Positions 1 to 9,194 of a DNA stretch of 64,000 bases are shown here, one piece after another. A program made the translations under genes and the position numbers. Source of the stretch: a bacterium (GTDB lineage: Bacteria > Patescibacteriota > Minisyncoccia > Phycocordibacterales > UBA2100); NCBI GenBank assembly GCA_016789445.1, contig JAEUQT010000001.1, positions 67,603 to 131,602 of the forward strand, in the 5' to 3' direction. Under the pieces are notes generated by a model, which did not search any database, was not told the DNA's origin, and saw only the letters and a program-made list of their open reading frames with translations. Every line of letters begins with the position of its first letter. The first letter of the stretch is position 1.

Positions 1-304
1 GCACCGTTAAGCCGGATTCTGTCGGGGACAGTCATTTATCTGGGATACATGTCGCCATGCACCTCGAGCGGTTCTCCACCTTGCGGTGACACGACCTTGC
101 ACGCGGGTAGGAATTTTGCCGTTTCAATCCTGTATTTCGACAGGCCTCACCCTCAAGAAGACTTGAGGGGCTTCGGGATCTCTCCTTCAGCGTCTCTGCT
201 CGCATCCCTTGGATTACCCAGGCGGGCGTTACCCGTTACCTTTTGAACTGAATCACGCGTGTCCGGACTTTCCTCTGGCTTTCGCCAGCGACTGCCTAGT
301 GCAG
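1..304 (-). ncRNA. rnpB: RNase P RNA (bacterial type A-like), 3' end truncated by window edge
   Basis: Minus-strand read gives GCAGTCGC (P2), CTGGCGAAAGCCAG (P3 hairpin with GAAA loop), GAGGAAAGTCCGGAC (P4 5' strand), GGTAACGCCCGCCTGGG, and ACAGAATCCGGCTTAACGG (P4 3' strand) at window start. These match the conserved RNase P RNA motifs GGAAAGUCCGG and ACAGAAcCCGGCUUA. Overlapping short ORFs 49..246 and 209..493 are therefore spurious. Confidence 0.75.
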
Positions 305-310
305 GAATAT

Positions 311-338
311 ATTATCCCACACTGTATTATTTATGCAA
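311..338 (-). promoter_or_regulatory. putative sigma70-type promoter of rnpB (-35 TTGCAT, 16-nt spacer, -10 GATAAT)
   Basis: Minus-strand TTGCAT at 338..333 and GATAAT at 316..311 in a locally AT-rich patch just upstream of the P1/P2 region. Confidence 0.4.
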
Positions 339-344
339 CTATCG

Positions 345-632
345 CTACGCTTCCGGCGAGTCCTCGTCGACTATCTTGGCTTGAATCGGGCTTACCATCG
401 GCTCGTTCGGCAATCTCCCATCGATCACGATATTATTCTTTGTCTCGATTTCTTCTACCTGCTGCGCCAATCCGCGCGAAAGCTTTTTCGTGAGATCAAG
501 CGGCAAGGTAAACGGATGCTTCTTCTCACCTGAAGTGAAGACGATATGCAGGAGGCCATTGATGATGCGGGCATGGAATCCCTCAATGAAGATCTTATCC
601 CCCTCCTTACTGAAGTCGTAGTGCGGTTCCAT
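345..632 (-). CDS. hypothetical protein (95 aa)
   Basis: ORF with AAGAGGAG about 14 nt upstream of the ATG. No family recognised. Confidence 0.4.
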   Translation of the reverse strand: MEPHYDFSKEGDKIFIEGFHARIINGLLHIVFTSGEKKHPFTLPLDLTKKLSRGLAQQVEEIETKNNIVIDGRLPNEPMVSPIQAKIVDEDSPEA

Positions 633-892
633 ATCTTTGCATTCTACTCCTCTTTATTTTCCCCACCAGCGAGACAGGGTTGCAGAATATGCTTTGACGG
701 GGTCTTTCGCAGCGCGACGCCGCCGAGTGAGACGGGGGTGGGGCCCCGTCGCAAGGCCGGAGCTAGCCCGCTAGCGAGGCAGGGTCGCGCAAAATCGCAG
801 CAGCGATTTATGCGTGACTTAGGCTAGGCCAGCAGGCCTAGATAGCGACCCGAGAGAACCGCACCCGCTGCGCGATACGCTCTACTCTTCCC

Positions 893-1882
893 CTACTTGT
901 GTTTTGCGTGCGACCCCGAATCCACCTCGTAGTTCGTATTCTGTGCCTCGAAGAAGTTCACGAGCTCGAAGACGTCGGTGGAAGTTGCCATCCACTTCGC
1001 CGGATTGGTGACGTTGTAGTGCTTCGTGAGGCCCAGCTCTTCCAAGCGGCGGTCAGCGACGTACTGCACGTACTGGTTCACGTAGTCGGCGTTGAGACCG
1101 AGGATGCCGCGCGGGAAGAGATCCTTGTTGTAGTTGGTCTCAAGATTCACGCCTTCCACGATGATACCGGCGATCTCCGCCGCGAAATCCGCGCTCACGA
1201 GATCAGCATTCTCTTCCAAGATATTGTGGATGAGGTTGATACCGAATTTCAAGTGGAGCGATTCATCGCGAATGACCCAGTTGATCATCGAGCCAAGATT
1301 GCGGAGCTGATTGCGCTGACGGAACGAGAGCGCGACCATGAAGCCTGAGTAGAACCAGATGCCTTCCATCACGATGTTCGTCGCGACGAGGTTGCGGATA
1401 AAGTCCTTCTTCCCTTCCGGAGTATCCACGTCGAGCGTGTCCTCCATCATGCGCTTCATGTACTTGTTGATGTACGCCTCCTTGGCGAGCATCGAGGGCG
1501 TCTGCGTATGGATCGCAAAGACCTCATCACGATTGAACGGGAAGGTCTGGAGCACATACTCGAACGCGACACAGTGGTTCGCCTCCTCCCACATCTGCTT
1601 CGCGAGATAGAGATGGCATTCCGGTGATTTGAGGTACGGATACACGCCGAGCGCGATCGAACGGTTCACGATGAGTTCCGCCGGGTTGAAGAACGCCATG
1701 AGGAACTTCACCGCGTGGCGCTCGTCGTCGGTCATCTTCGACCAGTCGTCGAGATCCTCCTTAAGAGCGATCTCATGCGGGAACCAGGTGTTGCGGACCG
1801 CTTGCTGATAGAGATCATACGCCCACTGATAGCGTATGGGGTGCAGATTCATGTCGTCCGGAGACGCTTTTCCAACTAACAT
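893..1882 (-). CDS. nrdB: ribonucleotide reductase class I beta (R2) subunit
   Basis: 329-aa ORF with ferritin-like R2 fold hallmarks (EANHCVAFEY, MVALSFRQ). 45 nt downstream of nrdA. Confidence 0.95.
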   Translation of the reverse strand: MLVGKASPDDMNLHPIRYQWAYDLYQQAVRNTWFPHEIALKEDLDDWSKMTDDERHAVKFLMAFFNPAELIVNRSIALGVYPYLKSPECHLYLAKQMWEEANHCVAFEYVLQTFPFNRDEVFAIHTQTPSMLAKEAYINKYMKRMMEDTLDVDTPEGKKDFIRNLVATNIVMEGIWFYSGFMVALSFRQRNQLRNLGSMINWVIRDESLHLKFGINLIHNILEENADLVSADFAAEIAGIIVEGVNLETNYNKDLFPRGILGLNADYVNQYVQYVADRRLEELGLTKHYNVTNPAKWMATSTDVFELVNFFEAQNTNYEVDSGSHAKHK

Positions 1883-1927
1883 ATGCGCAGTATGTTACCT
1901 AATATTTATAACGATTCGTATTGACTC

Positions 1928-4816
1928 TTACTGGCAGGCATCGCATTGCGCGAGCTCTGCGGGGTCGGTCGGGCACACGAGCGGCTTCTTCTTGATGACC
2001 GGAGCGGCCGCTACAGGCGCAGATGCTTGAACCGGAGTTGCTGCTGGTGCAGGAGCTGCAGCGACTACGGGAGCAGGAGCGACGTTCACAACAGGAGCTG
2101 GTGCCACATTTACGACCGCTGGTACCGGTATCGGCTGAGCCACCATCGGCGCAGCAGCAGCGACCGTCGCAAAGCCCATGCGTGCAACCGGTGCTTCTGC
2201 AGGAGCTGCCGCTACTTCAGGAATGGACTGCTGCATTGCGGGAGTAACGGGAGTAATCGGGAGCGGTGCCTGCGCAGCAACCGGCGAGAATCCTCGCGTT
2301 GCCGGCGTCGATTGCGGCATGACCGCCTCGACGATCGGCTGTGCGGACGCGCTCGGCTGCATCGGAACGACTTCCTGCACCGTAACCGGACTCATCTGGA
2401 TCGGAGATGCGGTCGGCTGTTCAGCGACTGCGCCGGTAGCCACCGCTGCGAAACCGCGCTTACCGATCGCCGCACCCTTGTTCACGTTCGTCGTCGACTG
2501 CTCTGCCGTGTGACGAGGCTTCATGTGGAGGTAGTAGGTGGTCTTAAGGCCGCGCTTCCATGCCGTCATGTAGACTTGCTTCATCTCATCCATATCGCGC
2601 GATTCGAGGTACATATTGCGAGAGAGCGCCTGGTCGACCCACTTCTGCGCACGTGCCGCGACTTCGATGTATGCGTACGGCGAAGTCGTGAACGACGTCT
2701 TGTAGATCTGCTTCAGGTACGACGGGATCTCATTGATCGCTGAAATATCTCCCTGCAGTTCCACGATCTTGTCCTTCACCTCATCCCAGATACCGAGATT
2801 CTTGAGGTCTTTGACGAGGTTGTGGTTGATATCCATGTACTTGCCGGAGATCTTGTTGCGCGAGAAGACCTGTGCGAAGCGCGGATCGATGCCCGGCGTG
2901 GTACCGGCAACGAGGCCGATGTTCGCATTCGGGGCAACCGCCATGAGCGTTGCATTACGCATGCCGCCCTTCACCTTTTCACGAAGAAGGTCCCAGTTGA
3001 GCTGCTTGTTCTTGCTCTCACGCTTCATGCCGGTCGACATGCCGCGATCCTCTTCAAGCACTTGGATACTGTCGAGCGGGACCATTCCCTTCGACCATCG
3101 CGAGCCGGCGAAATTTTTGTAGGTACCACGTGTGCGAGCAAGGTTTGCGCTTTCATCGATCGCCATGTAGCTCACGAATTCGAAGACGCGATCAGCGAAA
3201 TCCGCTGCGTGCGCACTCTCATACGGCATACCGAGCTGCTCGAGCGCATCAGAGAAGCCCATGATGCCTAAGCCCACCGCGCGATTGTCCTTGTCGGAGC
3301 GTGCTGCCTCTTCGATCGGGAGCACGTTGATGTCGATGAGGTTGTCGAGCTGGCGAATTGCGAGGCGGACGGACTCCTCAAGCTTGTGCCAGTTGAGCTG
3401 ACGGCCTTCGATATGTCCGGCGAGGTTGAGCGATGCGAGGTTACAGACGGCGATGTTGTTCTTATCCTGCGGGAGGCAGATCTCCGTGCAGAGGTTCGAC
3501 ATGTGGATCGTGCCGGTGTTGTTGTTGAGGGCGCGGAGGTTAACCGAATCCTTCCACGTCAGCCACGGGTGCGAGGTCGACATGAGGGAGACAAGGATCT
3601 GGTGCCACTGCTCGGAAGCAGGGACCTTCTTGAAGGCGCGCAACTGCCCCGCCTTTGCCATCTCGACGTATTCAGCATAGCGCTTTGCGAATGCCTGGCC
3701 GTAGAGCTCATTGAGATCAGGTGTCTCCTTCGGATCAAACATGTACCAGTCCTCGTTCGCCTCGACGCGTCGCATGAACTCGTCGGAGATCCAGACGGCC
3801 GTGTTCGCGGTACGCATGCGAAGGTAGTCATCACCGGCGTTGTGCTTCCAGTCGATATATTCCGGGAAGTCCATGTGCCAGTTCTCCATGTAGAAGCAGA
3901 GCGCCCCCATCTTCTTGCCGCCACGCTGGATGGCGCGGATAGCGGTGTCCATGATCTTCGCGAACGGCGTCGGGCCGGAAGAGACAGTGTTCGACGATGC
4001 GAGCGGCGAGCCGGTGGCGCGGAGCTTCGTTACCGAAACGCCGATACCGCCGGATGCCTTCGAGATCTTCATGACATCGGCTACCGACTTCGCGATGTGA
4101 TCGATATCGTCGTGCATCTCGAGAAGGAAGCAGTTCGAAAGCGCCGGGCGCGAGGTTCCTGCCTGGAGGTTGGTCGAGCCGCCGGCGATATAGAGGTGCT
4201 GCGACATGCGCTCATAGAACTTGAGCGCCATTTCGTTCGGATTCTCTTCGTTATAGGCAAGACCCATCGCCACACGCATGAAGAAGTATTGCGGAGCTTC
4301 GATCGGCTTTTGGTTGCGATCCTTCAAGGCGTAACGGTTCATGAGCGACGAAAGACCGGCATAGGTGAAGATCTCATCGCGTTCGAGGCGGAGGGCCTGG
4401 GAAAGGAGGTTGAGGTCGTATTTCTCAGCCATTCGGGTGTCCAAGAGGCCGTTCTGGATGCCTGTATGGACGTATTCAGGGAAATGCGCACGATACTTCG
4501 CTTCAAGCTCACCTGCATCGTCGTGGTACTCACCCACCACGCGGCGATATACCGTCTTCAGAAGGAGGCGTACTGCCACCTTGTCGTACTCGATGTCCTC
4601 CTTGATGTTCTGCACCGCCGCACTGATGGTCGCCTGATCCATCTCTTCGGTAGTGATGCCATCGTAGAGCGTGAGCTGTGTCTCAGTAGCGATCTGGGTC
4701 ACCATCGAAATAGGATCGGTAAGACCCACGCAGGCGCGCTCGATCGAGCGGTTGATCTTATCAGCATTAAAAGGCTGCTTTGTTCCGTCACGTTTAGTGA
4801 TTGTAAGTTGGACCAT
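1928..4816 (-). CDS. nrdA: ribonucleotide reductase class I alpha subunit with N-terminal ATP-cone and about 190-aa low-complexity C-terminal linker
   Basis: ATP-cone start MVQLTITKRDGTKQPF (ATG at 4816 inside the longer ORF 1928..4996). Catalytic core carries NLCTEI and a YY pair. Tail ends in a Cys pair (CDAC). Confidence 0.93.
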   Translation of the reverse strand: MVQLTITKRDGTKQPFNADKINRSIERACVGLTDPISMVTQIATETQLTLYDGITTEEMDQATISAAVQNIKEDIEYDKVAVRLLLKTVYRRVVGEYHDDAGELEAKYRAHFPEYVHTGIQNGLLDTRMAEKYDLNLLSQALRLERDEIFTYAGLSSLMNRYALKDRNQKPIEAPQYFFMRVAMGLAYNEENPNEMALKFYERMSQHLYIAGGSTNLQAGTSRPALSNCFLLEMHDDIDHIAKSVADVMKISKASGGIGVSVTKLRATGSPLASSNTVSSGPTPFAKIMDTAIRAIQRGGKKMGALCFYMENWHMDFPEYIDWKHNAGDDYLRMRTANTAVWISDEFMRRVEANEDWYMFDPKETPDLNELYGQAFAKRYAEYVEMAKAGQLRAFKKVPASEQWHQILVSLMSTSHPWLTWKDSVNLRALNNNTGTIHMSNLCTEICLPQDKNNIAVCNLASLNLAGHIEGRQLNWHKLEESVRLAIRQLDNLIDINVLPIEEAARSDKDNRAVGLGIMGFSDALEQLGMPYESAHAADFADRVFEFVSYMAIDESANLARTRGTYKNFAGSRWSKGMVPLDSIQVLEEDRGMSTGMKRESKNKQLNWDLLREKVKGGMRNATLMAVAPNANIGLVAGTTPGIDPRFAQVFSRNKISGKYMDINHNLVKDLKNLGIWDEVKDKIVELQGDISAINEIPSYLKQIYKTSFTTSPYAYIEVAARAQKWVDQALSRNMYLESRDMDEMKQVYMTAWKRGLKTTYYLHMKPRHTAEQSTTNVNKGAAIGKRGFAAVATGAVAEQPTASPIQMSPVTVQEVVPMQPSASAQPIVEAVMPQSTPATRGFSPVAAQAPLPITPVTPAMQQSIPEVAAAPAEAPVARMGFATVAAAAPMVAQPIPVPAVVNVAPAPVVNVAPAPVVAAAPAPAATPVQASAPVAAAPVIKKKPLVCPTDPAELAQCDACQ

Positions 4817-5133
4817 ACGACATTCGTCTTGAAGCTTGGTAGCGAGATGGCTAATAAAGGCTGCACCTGTATCAGCTCCTCGGCTCGGAAATGCATCGTA
4901 GATGCGTTTCTCTCGCCTTACGTCGCTGATAACTTTCCCTGAATTACTAACGACTTCCCTTCCCGGCGGCGTAATTCCGGGGGCAGAAAATTCCACCTGT
5001 CGCCTCTAGGACGACAAGTTTTCTTTACCCTGGCGTACGCACGCTCAGTTGTCTCAGAATACTGCGCAGCGAATTGCCCTCTTTCTATTTTGAGCTGTGG
5101 ATAAACCCGCACTGAAGCATTCCTGCAGGTTTT

Positions 5134-5592
5134 CTATTCGGGAAGATTTGCACGAGTCCCGATTTGTATGTCGTGCTGATCCGCGAATCCGGCACGTACC
5201 TCTAGTACATACCGAGCCGGTGAATGAGGAGTGAAGCTTTGAGGATAGGTATCAGGCGAGAGGTTTTTCTCGATATGGACCACGCTCCCTGTCGCATCAA
5301 GCCAGAAGATATCGATGGAATAGAGCATGTCCTTCATCCAGAAGGGATACACTCCATCCTCGTCGAAGATGAACAGCATCCCCTCGTCGTCTGCCAACGG
5401 AGCACTCCCGCTCAAGCCCTGAGCACGGAGCGCATCAGTATCAGCCACCGCCACGCGCAGCGGTTTGTCGGCGAGAAGCAGGGTTTCCGTCGGCACTATC
5501 GAATGAGGTGCCGAAACTTCAGTTTTATGAAAGAAAGCGTATCCCACGATACTGATGCCAAGAAGCCCGAGAACGATGGGAAGCGCGCGCAT
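5134..5592 (-). CDS. DUF192 family protein (N-terminal signal/TM)
   Basis: MRALPIVLGLL start gives a TAATG overlap with the upstream gene. Conserved LFIFDEDGVYPFWMKDMLYSIDIFWLD motif typical of DUF192/COG1430. Confidence 0.8.
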   Translation of the reverse strand: MRALPIVLGLLGISIVGYAFFHKTEVSAPHSIVPTETLLLADKPLRVAVADTDALRAQGLSGSAPLADDEGMLFIFDEDGVYPFWMKDMLYSIDIFWLDATGSVVHIEKNLSPDTYPQSFTPHSPARYVLEVRAGFADQHDIQIGTRANLPE

Positions 5593-6002
5593 TACGCCAA
5601 GAATACCAGGATGACCGCCATTACGATGAAGTTGACGAGCCAATACCCTCCGACGATCGCAAGGTGCTTAAGCGGCTTCATCTCCCAGAGGACCGCACCG
5701 AGAAGCGGCGGCAGTGCGAAACCGAGCCATACCCAGATACCCAACTCGATCGCCCCCACCCAGTCATAGACACCCCACGCGATACCGAAGTAATTAAGGA
5801 CGTACGCAGCCAGAAGTGCGCTCACAAATGCAAAGAAGACCGAAACCGGCATGCGCTTACGGGCTTTCGCCTGCTGCTCGGGTGTCAGATTGACACTACG
5901 CATATATGCGGCACCGAAGACCTTGGTATGGAACCAGGCAAAACCGACGATCACCGCTGCTACCGCAGCGGCAAGGAGAGGAATGAGCGTTACTTCGAAC
6001 AT
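5592..6002 (-). CDS. small integral membrane protein (4 TM, DUF1761-like)
   Basis: 136-aa hydrophobic ORF translationally coupled to the DUF192 gene. Confidence 0.7.
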   Translation of the reverse strand: MFEVTLIPLLAAAVAAVIVGFAWFHTKVFGAAYMRSVNLTPEQQAKARKRMPVSVFFAFVSALLAAYVLNYFGIAWGVYDWVGAIELGIWVWLGFALPPLLGAVLWEMKPLKHLAIVGGYWLVNFIVMAVILVFLA

Positions 6003-6090
6003 AGCGAAAAATAATGATGAGGCTGATACGTACCCTCATCATATGCCGATATCCGCCCACAGCCACTGGCTGCTGTTGAAAAACTCAGTG

Positions 6091-6175
6091 CGGAGGGTGA
6101 GAGATTCGAACTCTCGGTGGGTTTCCCCACGCTCGCTTTCCAAGCGAGTGCACTAGACCACTATGCGAACCCTCC
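6091..6175 (-). tRNA. tRNA-Ser (anticodon GGA)
   Basis: Minus-strand GGAGGGT acceptor stem. Anticodon loop TTGGAAA in a CTCGC/GCGAG stem. Long variable arm GTGGG-GAAA-CCCAC. T-arm GAGAG-TTCGAAT-CTCTC. Discriminator G. CCA not encoded. Confidence 0.85.
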
Positions 6176-6320
6176 TCAGACCTGACAATGCCCAAAGATA
6201 GCCGAAATCGGTCCTCACGACAACAAAGCGGTCTTCCCCACCCCTAAGGGTTACCCTCCTAGACAAGCCTATAGGGTGCTACTATAGCGGGAGGGGCTTA
6301 CCATTTAAAATAAGATTCAT

Positions 6321-6575
6321 ATGGCAAAAAGCAATTCTGCATTCATGAAGCCGATGAGCGTGAGCGATGAGCTCGCAGAAGTCGTCGGCAAAGGACCGAT
6401 GCCTCGTTCAGAGGTGGTCAAGAAGCTGTGGGTTTACATCAAGAAGCACGATCTTCAGGATGCAAAGAACAAGCGCAATATCAATGCTGACGCGACCCTC
6501 AAGAAGGTCTTCGGCGGCAAGGGTACGGTGAGCATGTTCGAGATGACCAAGCTCGTCTCCAAGCATCTTTCATAA
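6321..6575 (+). CDS. SWIB/MDM2 domain protein
   Basis: 84 aa. KKLWVYIKKHDLQD...KKVFGG pattern typical of the bacterial SWIB domain. Confidence 0.88.
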   Translation: MAKSNSAFMKPMSVSDELAEVVGKGPMPRSEVVKKLWVYIKKHDLQDAKNKRNINADATLKKVFGGKGTVSMFEMTKLVSKHLS

Positions 6576-6602
6576 AGCCCCTCAAAAAGGCGCATGACGA
6601 GA

Positions 6603-6628
6603 AACGACGCGGAAGCGTCGTTTTTTCG
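6603..6628 (+). terminator. rho-independent terminator after SWIB gene
   Basis: AACGACGC-GGAA-GCGTCGTT hairpin followed by TTTTTTCG. Confidence 0.6.
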
Positions 6629-6678
6629 TTGATTTCTGTAGGATTCGAGGTATAGTTTTGGCGGAAAGGAGATTCTTG

Positions 6679-6819
6679 ATGGAACGCACAAAGATAGTGG
6701 GGCTCTTCGGAGTACTGACGGCTGGCTTCGCCTATGTGGCAACCGTCGTCGTGACACTCAATCACTTTGTCCCGCCGCCTGAAAAAGCGGCTGCAATCAC
6801 CGCATCTGTAGCTCCATGA
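6679..6819 (+). CDS. small membrane protein (46 aa), unannotated in ORF track
   Basis: AAAGGAGA 7 nt upstream of the ATG. Single hydrophobic helix (VGLFGVLTAGFAYVATVVV). Followed by a hairpin terminator. Confidence 0.55.
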   Translation: MERTKIVGLFGVLTAGFAYVATVVVTLNHFVPPPEKAAAITASVAP

Positions 6820-6825
6820 CCTTTT

Positions 6826-6856
6826 AAGCCGCGCAGCTAGACTGCGCGGCTTTTCT
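6826..6856. terminator. bidirectional intrinsic terminator
   Basis: AAGCCGCGCAG-CTAGA-CTGCGCGGCTT followed by TTCT, between convergent small ORF and the 6855..7379 gene. Confidence 0.55.
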
Positions 6857-7379
6857 AGTGCTCCTCTTTTGAAACTGATTCCGTGGCGTGCCAATGATCC
6901 TTACGGCGGCGCCACCGGCGGCGCACCGCCTCACGACGCAAGACAAAGCGCTCCTTCTCCTTCTCGAACTCGGCTTTAAGCGTCTTCTCAAGGGTTGCGG
7001 CCTTATGCGATGCGAGCCAACCGAAGAAACTCAGGACACTATCAAGGATGAGGACTACGATGAACGCACCGATCGCCCACCCTCGTGGGATACCCGGCAG
7101 GAGGAGGAATGTGGGTGTAAAACTGGCCATACCCACCACCACATCAAGCACACGGTTCCATCGTGTCTCTTCGATTTCGGCAATGACCTCGAACATCTCG
7201 TAGGCGACCAAGAGGAGGAACGCGATCACGAACGCCGCACTGCCGGTGTAATCCAAGAAAAAAAGGGCGAAAGCGACCGCCATGCCTGAGAGGAAATGCG
7301 GGACGCTCCAGAGATCAAGATACTCTCCCTCACGCCAGATATCCGTACGGACCAACCTGCCTTCCCTATCAAGGCGCAT
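6855..7379 (-). CDS. hypothetical membrane protein (3-4 TM, basic C-terminus)
   Basis: 174-aa ORF 4 nt downstream of htpX. Hydrophobic segments plus an RRRWRRRK tail. Confidence 0.7.
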   Translation of the reverse strand: MRLDREGRLVRTDIWREGEYLDLWSVPHFLSGMAVAFALFFLDYTGSAAFVIAFLLLVAYEMFEVIAEIEETRWNRVLDVVVGMASFTPTFLLLPGIPRGWAIGAFIVVLILDSVLSFFGWLASHKAATLEKTLKAEFEKEKERFVLRREAVRRRWRRRKDHWHATESVSKEEH

Positions 7380-7382
7380 ATC

Positions 7383-8291
7383 TTAGACGCTGATCTCTCC
7401 AAGCGCGCGGATGCGTTCTTCGACCGGCGGATGGGTCGAGAAGAGCTTCGCGACGAATTTGCCGGCGTCGTGCGCACCGAACGGGTTCGAGATGAAAAGG
7501 TGCGCCGTAGCATGGCTTGCGCGCTCCATGGGTGCCTCGTATGAGGAGATCTTCGCGAGAGCTGACGCAAGCGCATCCGGATAGCGGGTAAGGAGCGCGC
7601 CGGAAGTGTCCGCCAGGAATTCACGGCGGCGTGAGATCGCCAGCTGGATGAGCTGTGCGGCGATGGGAGCAAGGATGATACCGATGATACCGAGCACCAT
7701 CACGATCGCATTCCCTTTACTGTCTCGATCGCCTCCGCCCCAGAAACTCATGCGCAGGAAGATATCCGCGATCATAGCTACGAAACCGGCGAGAACGACC
7801 GCGACGGTCATGACGAGAATATCGCGATTACCGATGTGCGAGAGTTCGTGCGCGATGACGCCCTCAAGCTCGCTGCGATCAAGTCGCTCCAGGAGGCCCG
7901 TGGTTACCGCGACAACGGCATTCTTCGGATTACGCCCCGCCGCAAATGCATTCGGCGCCGGATCATGGATGACATAGAGGCGTGGCTTCGGGAGTCCTGC
8001 CGTTATCGAGAGGTTCTCAAGTATGCGATGCAATTCGCGGAATTCCTTTTCATCCGCTTCCTGCGCGCCCGCGGAACTGATCGCCACCTTATCGGAGAAC
8101 CAGTATGCGAAGATATTCATGAAGAGCGAGAACGCCACCGCTACATAGAGAAGCCCCGGTTCCTGCATATACCACGCGATGAAATACCCGATCGCGATCA
8201 CGAAAACGAGGAAGCCCGTCATGAGGAGCCATGTCCGACGGATATTCCTGCCCTGCTGGGTGTAAAGGGATGCCATAGAAGCAAGTATCAA
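7383..8291 (-). CDS. htpX: M48 family zinc metalloprotease HtpX
   Basis: HELSHIGNRD (HExxH), 4 TM. Classic adjacency to lemA. Confidence 0.9.
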   Translation of the reverse strand: MILASMASLYTQQGRNIRRTWLLMTGFLVFVIAIGYFIAWYMQEPGLLYVAVAFSLFMNIFAYWFSDKVAISSAGAQEADEKEFRELHRILENLSITAGLPKPRLYVIHDPAPNAFAAGRNPKNAVVAVTTGLLERLDRSELEGVIAHELSHIGNRDILVMTVAVVLAGFVAMIADIFLRMSFWGGGDRDSKGNAIVMVLGIIGIILAPIAAQLIQLAISRRREFLADTSGALLTRYPDALASALAKISSYEAPMERASHATAHLFISNPFGAHDAGKFVAKLFSTHPPVEERIRALGEISV

Positions 8292-8353
8292 GCATCATGA
8301 CGGAACTATCAAGAACGTGCTATTTTGACATTAGACGGAGAAAGGAGGCATAC

Positions 8354-8572
8354 ATGCCTTTGAGATATGTTCTACAGGGCGCCGTGATGTTCGGGGATAT
8401 CCTCATCTTCGCTGCCGCAGCGATACTGCTCTGGGCGGCGCCGGATGAGCCACTCATCTGGCTCATGCTCTTCTTGGGTTTCCGCTCCTGGAAAAAGGTG
8501 GGCGGCTTCGAGGCATGGAGAAAGAAGGATCGTGCGCAATTCATGCGCAATGCGAAGTCGCTGGGAATCTAG
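8354..8572 (+). CDS. small membrane protein (72 aa, 2 TM)
   Basis: AAAGGAGG 6 nt upstream of the ATG at 8354. The longer ORF from 8297 would leave no room for a promoter against htpX. Confidence 0.55.
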   Translation: MPLRYVLQGAVMFGDILIFAAAAILLWAAPDEPLIWLMLFLGFRSWKKVGGFEAWRKKDRAQFMRNAKSLGI

Positions 8573-8574
8573 AC

Positions 8575-8602
8575 TGAAAGACCGCCTCTCGGCGGTCTTT
8601 CT
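8575..8602. terminator. bidirectional intrinsic terminator
   Basis: AAAGACCGCC-TCTC-GGCGGTCTTT followed by CTTTTCG, between convergent genes. Confidence 0.55.
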
Positions 8603-8607
8603 TTTCG

Positions 8608-9168
8608 TTAGAACGAAACCTTCACCGGCTGACGAGCAGCCTCTTCTCCTTCAGCAAGAGCGAAGAATTCACGCGTCTTGAACCCGAATGCGTTGCCGAT
8701 GATATTACCCGGGAACTGTTCGAGCGCGTTCTGGAGATCCTGGACGACCGAGTTGTAGAAGCGGCGTGCTGCTTGGATCTTGTTCTCGGTGTCGGAGAGT
8801 TCGCGCTGCAATTCCAGGAAGTTGGTGTTCGCCTTCAAGTCCGGATAGCTCTCCGCTACTGCAAAAAGAGATTTGAGTGCGTCGGTGAGCATATTCTCTG
8901 CCTGCGCATGCTGCGCGACGGTCTGCGCACCCATAGCTGCAGTGCGAGCTTCGGTCACCTTCTGGAGCGTGCCCGCCTCATGCTGCATGTAGCCCTTCAC
9001 GGCTTCAACGAGGTTCGGGATGAGGTCGTAGCGACGCTTCATCTGCACGTCGATATCCGACCATGCTTCCTCCGCGCGATTGGTGAGCGCGACGAAGCGG
9101 TTGTACATGATGATAAGGAGGACGGCGATCGCCGCCACAACGCCCAGCACGATATAGAGAGTTGTCAT
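8608..9168 (-). CDS. lemA: LemA family protein
   Basis: N-terminal TM, then NRFVALTNRAEEAWSDIDVQMKRRYDLIPNLV, characteristic of LemA. Confidence 0.9.
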   Translation of the reverse strand: MTTLYIVLGVVAAIAVLLIIMYNRFVALTNRAEEAWSDIDVQMKRRYDLIPNLVEAVKGYMQHEAGTLQKVTEARTAAMGAQTVAQHAQAENMLTDALKSLFAVAESYPDLKANTNFLELQRELSDTENKIQAARRFYNSVVQDLQNALEQFPGNIIGNAFGFKTREFFALAEGEEAARQPVKVSF

Positions 9169-9194
9169 AGGGTCAGTATAGCATTTTCTTCATC

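Noticed and set aside
49-533. ORFs 49..246 (+), 209..493 (+) and 333..533 (+) at the window start
   Set aside because: They overlap the RNase P RNA gene, whose conserved GGAAAGTCCGG and ACAGAATCCGGCTTA motifs are on the minus strand. They have no RBS and odd composition.
3386-4942. 518-aa plus-strand ORF (and many shorter ones) antisense to nrdA
   Set aside because: It is antisense to a highly conserved RNR catalytic core. Long open frames on the opposite strand are expected at about 60% GC. There is no RBS or family match.
4817-5133. NrdR box or cobalamin riboswitch in the roughly 320-nt region upstream of nrdA
   Set aside because: GGGAAGGGAAGTCG loosely resembles part of a B12 element, but no B12 box or NrdR palindrome could be confirmed. 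It is left as an unexplained long leader.
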